The notes beneath the pieces are model-generated. The model had not been told where the DNA came from and did no database searches. It saw nothing but the letters and a program-made list of their open reading frames with translations. From Antedon mediterranea (Eukaryota > Animalia > Echinodermata): a DNA stretch of 64,000 nucleotides. Positions 37,901-49,500 of this stretch are shown one piece after another; positions within the stretch are counted from its first letter, which is position 1, and every line of letters starts with the position of its first letter. The position numbers were made by a program, and so were the translations under genes. The stretch is taken from the NCBI RefSeq assembly GCF_964355755.1, contig NC_092672.1, forward strand, positions 30,076,437-30,140,436, in the 5' to 3' direction.

Positions 37901-39474
37901 CACGGGGCTACAGTACCTTGTAACGTACAGTAAATGTTTAAAAAAAACACAACTTTCTATCAATAATGCACGATCAGGAGGCCTGACCGGTCAAGCGACG
38001 AGTCATCGATTGAAATAGAACCGCAAACATGACACATACTGTAACTGTACATCAATACCAAGATAAACTTGGCAAAAGTAAAATAGTGAAATATTCGTGA
38101 AGAGTTTAGTGTGATCTAGGCTGCAAAAACTATCGATCATAAGACAATTATAAATGGTCTTCAAATTGTTTTATGTGTTTAATTATTTTATTTAAATTTA
38201 CATCATCGATCAAAAACATTGATAATAATCCCACTCTAATTTTAGCGGTCAAATTTTATCCCGTTGAATAAGATTTGATTTGATTTGATTTGAATTTATT
38301 CGGAAGTAGGCCTACACAAACCATTACAATTGGTAAACAAGAACAATTAAAACATACAGTAGTCTTCCATGGATAACCCAAAAAAGCCGGTAAATATCAT
38401 TCCAGCTTATTAGAAATCATTAACAAATTGTATTGTATCTTATAATAATTAGATAAAATTCTATCTTTCTAAATGAAGATAACTTTAATTTTATTCATCA
38501 GAATGTAATGTAATTTAAGCGTTCAAACTGCTATTTAATTAGGTCATATTTATAGTAGTATTATAGGTATAGTATGTTGACGTTCCTACATCTTTTAAAA
38601 TACGGTACGTGTGCCTTCAGCTCTGTCTACACTATCAAACATATTTGACAAAAAAAGTGTGATGTACCTATATATGGTGATATCCCCAAATATGGTAGTG
38701 ATATGACAGCATCATCACATTTTGTTGTCACATAAAGTTTGATAGTTTATCTTTAAGCTATAGTCTACACCGGATAATTTCAGTTTGCAAACGTAACACG
38801 AGCAAACTCGCAGTTTGCAAATTAAAGTTTCATAAAGTTTCCAGTAAAGCCCAGTTCACACTAGGAGTATTAATGTTTTTTCGGCAAACTGCAAGTTTTC
38901 TCGGATTGCAAAGTTTGCTAGTGTATCCAGGCTTTAAATTCTGACCACCAAAGTGTGCGACTTTGGATTATCAAATAAAACAGTAAAATCTTTCTATAGG
39001 CCCGTTTTAAGGCTTAGTTATTTACCCAGATAAGTTTCTTTCATGGGCACAGTTATAGTTAACTTTGGTGGGTACACATTACCCTGGTAAATAGCAAAGC
39101 CTGTGCTAGGAAACCATGCATGTATACTGGTGTACAGTACCGAAAATGGGATGACTATATATATGATTTAACAACAAATGTATTATATTGCAACACGTCG
39201 TGAGTTAAATATTCTCGTAAAATATTTAAATTGACAGACACTGTATTATATATCCTAGCCTACAATATGCACCTAATATACCATCATAAAGAAGTAAATG
39301 TGACAACATGCTTACTTTAAGAAAGAACTATACAGCCTAGAAATAATTTTACAGATTATTTTGACCTAGTATTAGTAACTACATTGTTATTTTATTAATG
39401 ATAACTAACCTGTCAAATGGTAAATAATCATAAAGATTGTCATTTGTGTCCGTGTATTGGGTAATGTAATCCAT
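28930..39474 (-). CDS. zf-3CxxC domain protein (receptor-transporting protein RTP-like), about 228 aa
   Basis: Phase-consistent exons on the minus strand: 39474-39410 (MDYITQYTDTNDNLYDYLPFDR), 33864-33720 (MDEIWHGEF...DSAKVRFCCQ), 30689-30486 (TCGHGWTSMKGRVVFW...FKLYGQQCQRC...WYPEEV) and 29202-28930 (...HNAALCQACQDGEC plus a Thr/Pro-rich tail); total 687 nt. The F-C-xx-C-xxx-W-T-S, GQ-x-C-xx-C and H-xxxx-C-xx-C pattern is typical of zf-3CxxC. The first exon is less certain; ATG 33863 is an alternative start. Confidence 0.88.
29394..29745. repeat. Intronic minisatellite with conserved core GTTKGACGCAACACGTCTA and two alternating linker types, 9 units
   Basis: Core repeated every 37-47 bp. Linkers fall into two related classes (AACTAAACCCTCGAC and GACTAAGCTCATACAAGRTAC). 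Confidence 0.85.
32310..32586. repeat. Minisatellite, 16-bp unit AATGTGGGCCTATA(G/A/T)C, about 17 copies
   Basis: Near-perfect tandem array in intron 2 of the 3CxxC gene. Confidence 0.95.
33068..33280. mobile_element. MITE (Harbinger-like)
   Basis: Inverted ends GGCCAATTTACACAGACGAGT / ACTCGTCTTTGTAAATTGGTC. Confidence 0.6.
34476..34720 (-). mobile_element. L2-clade LINE 3' fragment
   Basis: The minus strand translates to LRSS..LLDIPRSKHSWGDRTFSVAGPRLWNHLP and, after a disruption, KSLLKTHLF, the typical end of L2 ORF2. It is followed by GGCGCTATATAAA and a (TTGA)n tail. Confidence 0.8.
39011..39101. mobile_element. Short MITE family C
   Basis: GGCTTAGTTATTTACCC...GGTAAATAGCAAAGCC inverted ends. 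Related copies at about 5301-5422 and 28435-28545. Confidence 0.55.
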
Positions 39475-40401
39475 GCCGCTAACACTTTGACAGCTAACTA
39501 AGTTTGTTAGAAGCATCCGAAATGTGATCTTCTCCAACCGTATCTCCTAACCGGTGCGTTCCAATCACTTACGTCCAATCGGTAAAAACAGGCCTTCTTT
39601 CGCGTATAAACTAAATGCATGTAAAAACCTAGCCTCCTAAGATTTTGGCTAAAAGCTCAATTGAGGGCTTCCCGGGATTAAATCCACCCCGTAAAACCTC
39701 AACAAACACGCCGGTAATTCTCTCTTCATGGGGATATGATGTCCACTAGATATCGTCTGCTTACTACTGAGGAAGGGTTGATGGTTGTCTCTAGGCCTAG
39801 CGCCGGAAACATGCTTGCTTCCTCTGACGAACCATCATCGTATTAGTCACCTTATACTAACGTTTTCCGTGCCAAAATACCTAGTTTTTATGTCATTATC
39901 CGTACACTAATAAGTAATTAATACACATCGGCGTCTGTGTGTACCCTTCAACATTCAATTCTTAAATTTACCTAACGAAAGTTCTAAAATGAATCAAATG
40001 TAATTTAGGTTAAGAACGTTTACTATCATTAAGTATCATTGCACTTTCAACACATGTTTAACAGTGTATTAGTTGTCAGTGACTGGTAAGCCTAGAAATC
40101 AATTTAATTTTTTAAAACATGTGAAGTTTCACGTGCTCCATATGACGCATGCTCACAAGTAATTATATTTCGTTGTCGCTTCCAAATATGGATTAGTTAA
40201 GTCTTTAAATAGATTTTAGTTAATTTATCATATTACAAATGCTACAGTGTATTATTTTTAGATTCCAGAGCGTTTCTAATCATTCGTCATAGTATAGAAC
40301 ATACGGGCCTATATGTCCTACTATCTTCTATAAATTGGCATCCTTTCCAATTTGCAACAATCAAAATGCAATTATAATGTTCACAATTAAAAATATTAAT
40401 A

Positions 40402-40489
40402 CGGTGGCTTGTAAGTGTCACGGAAACTTTAAAAAAATATTACGGCAATCAAAAAAATAAAAAGTTTCCGTGACACTTACAGGCCATCG
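40402..40489. mobile_element. Tiny hairpin MITE with TA TSD
   Basis: TA|CGGTGGCTTGTAAGTGTCACGGAAACTTT...AAAGTTTCCGTGACACTTACAGGCCATCG|TA; about 29-bp arms. Confidence 0.75.
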
Positions 40490-40497
40490 TATATTAA

Positions 40498-40785
40498 AGA
40501 TGTTTTCCCCCAAAAACATAAAAAATGAATTTTAATAAAACCGACTTTATATATGCCATGCCGTAGTTTTAAGAAAGTTAATCACTTCCGATCTAAAAAT
40601 AGAAATAATGTTTTCAGTTATAAAAATACAAAATAAACGGTTAATTCAACCAAAATTCCAATCAATTTAACTATGTGTTGCTTTAAAATGTATTCATTTC
40701 AGGTAAATAATTTTTCTTTCAAAGTGAATAACTATTGTGTGCCATTAAAAAATAAATATATATTTTTCTAGGGGACAATATATCT
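40498..40785. mobile_element. Kolobok-like non-autonomous element (TTAA TSD, AG...CT ends)
   Basis: TTAA|AGATGTTTTCCCCC...GGGGACAATATATCT|TTAA. Related copies at about 43560-43888, 46819-47165, 34200-34420 (reverse) and a fragment at 11772-11840. Confidence 0.7.
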
Positions 40786-43700
40786 TTAAATACTGTATGT
40801 GTTATTCTCTTCTGTATTACCAAAAATAATTTTCTGAAGGTTTCTTTGTTAGACTGAATTAATGTTAAGAAAACGGTAAATATTTTGGCACATATAGCGT
40901 TTTATACGTAAACTACTTCGAAAAGCTGGCTGGTGGACTACATAAAAAAAGACACTAACTACAGACTTGGAGCAAGTCTAGATGGTGATGTGCTTTGTTT
41001 GTTTTACTTAGGAGCCTTTCTGTTTTCTTTAACCATTTTGCTGGGCTGGTGTTGTGCGCAGATCTACAGTTTTATATTTAGACGTATTTATGACTAAACA
41101 TGTCGAATAATCTCTTCTTTCTTCTTTCACTGGTATTGTTTTGGTGATTTCGTTTTTTCGTTTTATGATACGAACATCGGAAGTAATATATTATGCCTGT
41201 AAAATATTCCTGCGATGTTTGCATAATCGTCACAACAACAAAAGGATGCAAACAACAAAGGCCTATTTCAAGTAGGAATATCATTATTATTATTATGATT
41301 ACACAATACGCTTAAATTCTTATCAAAGAGAATGTATTTGTTCCCCACGCCTGGCTTCAAACAGATTTTTAAATACAGCTAACAAATATTTTAAAGAGAG
41401 TATTCTGTGCACCTGTAAATTTATGTAAAACTTGTAAATTTTACAAACTCTCTGTACATTGATTGTCAAATAATTTTCTTAGAGTAAAATAAATTTTTGA
41501 ATGGACGTTAAGCTCCGTGGTCGATTTGAAGCGCAACCGAATTGATTGGTCACCAATTTTGGTTACGTGGTAGGATAAAGAAATCGGTCAGAACCCGTTT
41601 CTTTTCTTCTTTAGTTTTGACTGTCGTGATGTGATCGGAAATACCTAGCCTAACGTAGTTCGTATCGTATTATAAAGCGCGCCCTCTATATCGTCACACA
41701 AAAATGTTGTTTTTAATTAAAATTATGTCCTTGTGTCACGTGATGCCTTTTAAAATAGACACGCGTATTATTCATTACATTATTTATACGGCAACTCTCC
41801 TGTCAGACTAATTAAGTATACGTCAACTACGTTTAATCAATCATAGTGTGTATCTACATCAAAATTAATCAATACAAAAAATCCGCTAATATTATACGTT
41901 TATTCATTTTTCCATAATAATAATAATAATAACATATTCATGAAAAGCTTTTCTGGTCACATATTTAGTAGGCCTAGAGAGACTATTATATATTATATTA
42001 ACACGCCTATTCTAAGATGTTAATATTTGGTTTTGACTGTAGACGCAGCGCAAGGACGTGCGTACGTAATACGAACTTGTGTAAAAAACAATCAATACAT
42101 CACGTTCAACATACAGATTATTATGAAATATTACATGAAAACCAGGGAAGCATAATATTCATAATAGACATTTTATGAAACCTCGGAGAATTCTAAGAAA
42201 ATAACCGCGTCCTCGATTTGAACAATGGTTCTATTTCTATTGTATGTTAGTGATTGTGTAACGTACCAGAGAGTATTATTAACAATAGAAAATAATAAAA
42301 AGGTAAATAGTTCGTTGAACCGTTTCGTTTCAACCCTAGGCATTGTTCACACTCTTATTACACACAAATACACATACGCACTATGCATATAGTTTTACTT
42401 TTCCAAGTATTGTTTACCCTGAGGAATAGAAGTCTTATTTGGAAAGCTTGTTGTCCCCCTGTGTAATAGGCTCTGTCGACACTATCAAACTGTATGTGAT
42501 AAAGAATGTGATGTGCCCATATATGGACGTGATGATGTCATCTAGTTTGGTAGTGTTAGGCTACATTTTTAGATTTAGATTATTGCATTTTTTAGCACTT
42601 TGCCGTATTTTGTATTTTAAAACTGCAATAATACAATGTGTATTATATAACAAACAATAACTAATTTATTCTGGTGGCCATGACTTAAAGTTTGTCTGCA
42701 AAAAAAATGTGCAGTCGGAGTTCAAAATAAGTTTGGAGACAAACTTATTTTGAACTTCGACTGCACATTTTTTTGTGTAATTTTGTTCTTTCATTGTAAA
42801 TGTTATGTGTATACAGAAAAACAATACACACAAACATAGGAATATAAGTTGCGTATCGATCGAAATGCATTGCATCACGTCCGAAATGAGGTGCGACCGA
42901 TACTTTTAAATAAACACATATTATGTTCCGTTCATTGTTGACATTATCATGTCCATCTTATTCAATGATAATGTCAATATATACAGTATCGACTGCTGAT
43001 AAGATACACGGTCATTACTCTCCATCGCTGGAAAATGTGACTCATTAAAAAAAATAAATCATAATTAATATTGTGGAGCTGTTTCCTTGTGGTTAACGGG
43101 CTTCCATTCCAATCCCATGGTGCAGGGTTCAATCCTGACCTAGTGCTAGGGTTGTAAATAACGACTCTTTCAGCTCCACTCACCAAGCCTTAAATGAGAC
43201 TTATGAGTTTATAAGCATGATATATTATTAATAGTCTATTCATCCTGTAATTAGCGATTTGCTCGCTGTTGAATGCGTATGACATAAACAAATTGTAAAC
43301 AATTTTATTTATTATTATAAAAATATTACCAAATATTTTGTTTAAACCAAAATATTCGGTAAGGTAACCATTAAATAATTAATTACTTTTTATTTTGTTA
43401 ATTTTAATAATCCCATTTTCAAAAATGAAATTTTAATACATAGGCATATTTATATAGTTTTTAAACCATATTTTATAGTAAAACCATTTTATATTATGTC
43501 GAGGAAAACATTTTTCCTCGACATTGCCTGGCTCTTGCGACAAAATACCGTTGATTAATTGTGCCCCTAAAACATGAAAAATGAAGATTAATAAAATCAG
43601 ACTTTGAATAGGCCATTTTGTAGTTTTAACAAATTTAATCACTTCCGTTGAAAACAAAATCTAAAAAATAATGTTTTCACTTATAAAATGAACGGTTAAC

Positions 43701-46153
43701 TTCAACCAAAAATCCATTGGCAGGCAGCCAATTTGACTTTAAATTACAATTTTTTCAGTTACATAGTTTGGTTTCCGATCCAATTTTTGGTCAAAGTGAA
43801 TAACTATTAGGCCTACGTGACATTAAAATGGCATAATCAACGAAGCAAATGTACAAAAAAATTGTTCAGGGGGACAATATATCTTTAACTTATTTGTAAA
43901 AAAATGTATGCTACTCTTTTGGCATCATCAGTATTTTGAACTATTTTATATCATAAATGTAGGTTAAGCCAGGCTAAGCCATCTATGCCTACTAAATGCA
44001 CATAGCAAACATTGCAGGTAAAGTGCGGTAATCATTCAGTCATGCGTGAGGATAACAAAACGGACACCACTATCAGGATGGGAATTTCCACCGGAATATT
44101 TAGAATGCACAAACAGAATCTACTACTACTACTGTAGTCCATATCATAATCCTTTTATAAGGTCCATTAAATATGTTTATTGTCCACAAAAGCATTGAAA
44201 ATAATTTCGTAGTTTCAATCACCTTATTCACGTGATATGACAGAAAATGGGCTTCGAATTTTCTTAAATTACGTGTATCACGTTAACATTTTCTTTATTG
44301 GTCACAGTAATAACTATTAAGCGATATAAAAATGGCAGCCTATTCCTATAAAAAAAAACAAGGCCATATACATGGCTGCAAATGCTCACATTTTAGTTAG
44401 TGCTTACCGACCGACCGACCGACCGATATAGTGAGCTGTAGACTAAAAAAGGGGACAATATCTTTAAAAAAAAATAAAATGCAAAAATAATCATCCAGGC
44501 TCCATTACAAAATGATGGAGATCCCGCAATGACCTGATACCGGTGTATTATTTTATGTGTGTTAGCCTTTTTATTTAAACTTGTTTTTTTCTAATGTGGT
44601 GCAATTAATTTTTTAGGCCTAACTATGGTACAATAAAATGAATAATAAATAAACAATTGTACACTCTTGATGTACCGAATTATGGTTAGATTTGACTGTA
44701 TTTAAATAAAAATTATATTTAGGCCTACATACGTCGTAAATAATTATAAAAATTATACGACGTACGTATCCGAAATAAAAGTAAAATGAAATAAATGAGA
44801 AAACAATTGTACAATAGATATATCGAATTAATTGATTTGCATTTAAATAAAAATTTTATTTACATACGTCGTAAATAATAAAAATATATTTTCTAGTTTT
44901 ATTCCTATGGTAGGATTTTGTTTGTAATAATAATTTTTTTTCTAACGTCCTTGAGAAAAACCGGTCGTTAAAGCGTGCATCCGTAATGGTCATACACTAA
45001 TATACAATTTGGTCTAAGTATAAACTTTCTGGTAAATTCAACTTTCCCAAAATAGATCTGATTTTGTTGCTGATATTTTCCAGAAACAAAACAAAAAAAT
45101 GAAATGTAAAAACAATGATAAAAAAAAAGTAGAAATAGCTGGCATTTTCTGAGTATAACATGTGCCACAATTCATAGATCCCTTCTACAACAATTGTTCA
45201 AATTTAGTTAACTCAATACAACTTTTACTACCAGCAGACAGTTATTTGTCTTGGCTAAACAAGGTTACAGTAGGTCACAACAGGGGTAGTTTTTCTTGAT
45301 CCTAGGCCTATGTGACGACCAAACTAAAAAACTACGTGTCGCTGCTCAAAGCGGCAATTCCAAGCGCCTAGACTAGTTATGGTACATTCAAGTAGCCCTG
45401 AGCCTACATTATTATATTATTTCTGTGGGACCTGCGACGTGTTTAGTCATGATTTAAGCCTTATATTGCATTCATTATTGTTATGAGGTCATAAAAATGT
45501 AATATAATGTACATTAGTGTGTGTGGCCAAATACAAAACACACTATTATTATCTAGATTGCTGTACTTAGAAAACCATATACTACCAAAATCAATATTTG
45601 TTTTGTGATAACGCCGGAACGCATACATTCCAGCTTGATTTTCAAATCCTATACTGTACTGATGATTATTAGGTTTATTGATCATCCAAAGTATAGGTTT
45701 GTCCAAGTCAACTATTAAAAATTATTTTTAAAACATCATGCTAAAGTATAAAATGTGCATATTTCATGTCTAAAGTGTACAATCAGGGAGTAATTGTAAT
45801 TGATTGTTGTAATTACAACTCCTTGGTACAATCGACCTGCACAGTAATAATAATAAGATAAGAATAAAACAATAAACATTTTGGCCTAAAATAAACGTAT
45901 CGATGTCAAGAAAAATCAAGATGTTCTTCACTTTAACAAGATACTTTATTATTAATTTAGTCACAGTCGACGAAGATAAAATATTCATATAAGTAAAATA
46001 ATTATTAATATATATTTATAAGTAAAAGGTAAGGTAAACTAATTGTGCACCTTGCCTTGGTCATCTTAAATCAAAGTGAAGTGACAAGAGATAGATTATT
46101 AGAACTGTCGCTTGTTATTGGTCAACGTCTACATCATTGCGATGCGTCTCTTA

Positions 46154-46540
46154 AGCGTGGTTCCCACACTAGCGACGCAACACAAGGTCGTAACGCAACG
46201 CAAGCGTTTTAACCAATGACAAGCGAAGTTATAGACAGTTAGCAATCACAAGCGAATAAGCAATCGCTTGTGATTGGTCAATTCACTTGCGTTGCGTTAC
46301 GTCCTTGTGTTGCGTCGCTAGTGAGAACCACGCTTTAAGCGTGGTTCCCACACTAGCGACGCAACACAAGGTCGTAACGCAACGCAAGCGTTTTAACCAA
46401 TGACAAGCGAAGTTATAGACAGTTAGCAATCACAAGCGAATAAGCAATCGCTTGTGATTGGTCAATTCACTTGCGTTGCGTTAACGTCCCTGCGTTACGT
46501 TCTAGTGGGAACCAAGCTTTAGTGGAGTGGGAACCACGCT
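46154..46540. mobile_element. Head-to-tail tandem of two family B MITEs plus an extra right terminus
   Basis: Copy 1 (46154-46334) and copy 2 (46338-46518) are separated by a single TTA. An additional AGTGGGAACCACGCT|TTA lies at 46526-46543. Confidence 0.85.
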
Positions 46541-49500
46541 TTAATGTTTTATTTAACAGCAATGTGCGGTACACATTTAATAGTAACAAACTACTATAAC
46601 CCGTTTCTTTGACGCACCTCCATTTCTTGGAGTGTACCACTGAATTCAACAGGAAACATTTTCATAACATATTTTGATTATAAATAATTTAACTACTGAT
46701 CAAATCTGAATTTGGAGAAAAAATAGTTTTTGTATTTTTGACAACATTATTGCATTGCAAACGGTGGTATTGTATACACTTTGGCTATGATACACTGTTG
46801 CTCAAAATGTTAATTTAAAGATGTATTGTCGACCAAAAAATTAGATTAAAGATTAATAAAACCAGACTTTGAATAGGCCATTTTGCAGTTTTAATCAAGT
46901 TATTTATTTCTGTAGAAAAAAAAATCAACACAAATTATTATTTCACTTATAAAAATATAAAATAAACGGTTATATTCAATCAAAAACACATTGACTTCTA
47001 GTCAATTGACTATTTTTAAATTATAGTTTTTTAGGTAAAACATTTTTTTAGATTCAATTTTTGGTCAAAGTGAATAACTATTATGTGACATTAAAATGGC
47101 ATATTGAAATAAATAAATACAAAAAATAAAAAATAATACTAATTTTTCATTGGGACAATATATCTTTTATTACTGATCCATTTGAATTGAAGTAGAAAAC
47201 ATATTTGTTGTATTGTATTTTTCACTATATTTTGACAATTACATAGCAAACGGTGGTATTGACACGTACTTTGGCTATGCTTCACTGATGGTCAAAATGG
47301 TCATTTAAATAAAATAATGTGTGGGCCATGCCCTTCCTCACTTCAAAATCCTGCATACGTCATTGTAAATATATAATACTGTATCAATTGTTGATAAATA
47401 TTATATTATTTATTGATAAAATGTTATAATAAACGCCCATTAAAGTATTAATATCATATAATATAAACATGAAATAATAACAGTTTTTGTACTGAAATGG
47501 AGAAAAAGAGGAAAAGTAACATTTTAATAAATGTAACTGAAACAAGCTTAGTTTTGATATCACTAGGCCTACATACATGTACGGTATTATTATTATTGAA
47601 AGAGAACTTAACAATTGATTTACTCCTACACAGATTTTATATTCTTTTTATATACTCATATTTCATGTTTGTATTGTTTGTTTAATCGAGGGCCCTAATG
47701 ATCAATTAAGGCCACCCTCATTAAAAATGGTAATAAATAAATAAACTCAGTATGCACTATGTACAATGCATTTATCCCTACAAAAACAAGTCTCATTAAA
47801 AAATATTATATTCTAACAGTATATATGCTTTATATGCCTGGTATAATACCATCTAAAAGAAGAAAATCAATTGGATTAAATAAATAACAACCAAATTATT
47901 GACTGTTTATTATGGGCCTACAAACAGAAAATGTTTTTAACAAATATATAGAAACAGGCAAAGAACATCTTTAATCTAAACCGCCCGGTGATATACTAAA
48001 ATGTATTTATTAAATTTAAATAATAAGATGATTGTGGAAAAATCCATGGCCACAGCCTGGTATTTCGTAGTGACGTAGTGCAACAGGCTCAACAGGCTGG
48101 ATTGAAGCCACAGTTGCAAATGTTGGTTTCAGTAAATCGTTCAGCTTACCAGGGAAGCTTCGCTGAACTTAATTAAGGCCTGTATATGCTATACTCTCAT
48201 TTCATGAAAAATTAAGTATGTTTATATGGATTGGTGTTATATAATTTATACTAGGCATAATAGAATAAACAGTGTAACAGTTTTCTCTTATGTTTCTCTG
48301 TAAATCAGTTTAATTATGATTTTATTTGTTAGTGATTATTTTTAAATTGTATTTTTATAAAAGCTGTTGTAAGTATACTATAAAGACTAAAGATGCTATG
48401 ACCACGGGGTTTCATAGGACAAACAATGGATTAAATATGTATGTGTGACTGTATTTGGATAATAGAGCAAATAAAGGCCTATTCAGGCTGAAAATGGTGT
48501 AAAACCTGAGAGTTGTTCAACAATTGTTTAAATGAATGAATTTAAGGAATTTAACTAACATAATATTAAAAATGAGGGAAATGTGTAGGCCTACAGCAGA
48601 CCTATAATAAAAGTCTGCTTTAGCACGATCTACACGTGATGTCGGAAAACACCTTGCCTAGTTAGCCTACTTACATTTCCAGATCCGGCGCCACCAACCC
48701 ATCCATCTTCATTTGGTTATACCCCATAGCATCGATAACATATTTCGGTAGATCATTTCGATAAACACGCTGTACCGCAGCTCCATGGCCTGGCCTATTG
48801 TACATACTTTACGGTAAATAGGCCTAATATGTGAGTGCACATTCAAGAGATAACAATGATTGAGTACTCTATTACAATCTACCTAATTATTAAATCCTTT
48901 ACATGTTTACCCTCCGTGTTCCACTGTTTTCAATACAATCAATTACACATCATGTGATATAATAGCTAAATCGGATTGGTAAGCTCAGTAGTGAATACGT
49001 CATGTGAGGTTCGGTGAAAAGTGGGGGATTCCCCTTTACTTCATTATTTCTTTATTGGTCAACTGCCAAGCTGGTGCATTGTGTGAGACGTATTTTGTTG
49101 TCATCGACTAGGCCTATTCTCTATTTTTTTACCACTATTCGGATTTGCTTTAACCTTAATTATGAATTAAATTTATTTTTTGATTTATAATTTTAATCAA
49201 ACGATGTTAATATTGCTTTAAAAAAATTATTAACATAAATCTATATATAAAATCAAACATAAATTTGAACTCGTCATCAAGACGAGTTAGGTGATCCACA
49301 ACATGCACGAAACCCTGTCAGCACTATCAAACTAGTTTAACAAAAAACGTGTGAAGTGCCTAAATATGGTAGTAATATTCCCAAATATGGTAGTGATATG
49401 ACATCATCATGTCCATATATGAGCACATCAAATTTGATTGTCATAAAGTCTGATAGTGTGAAGAAGGCTTTAAGCTTACTGCCTATTGTTTCATATAGGA

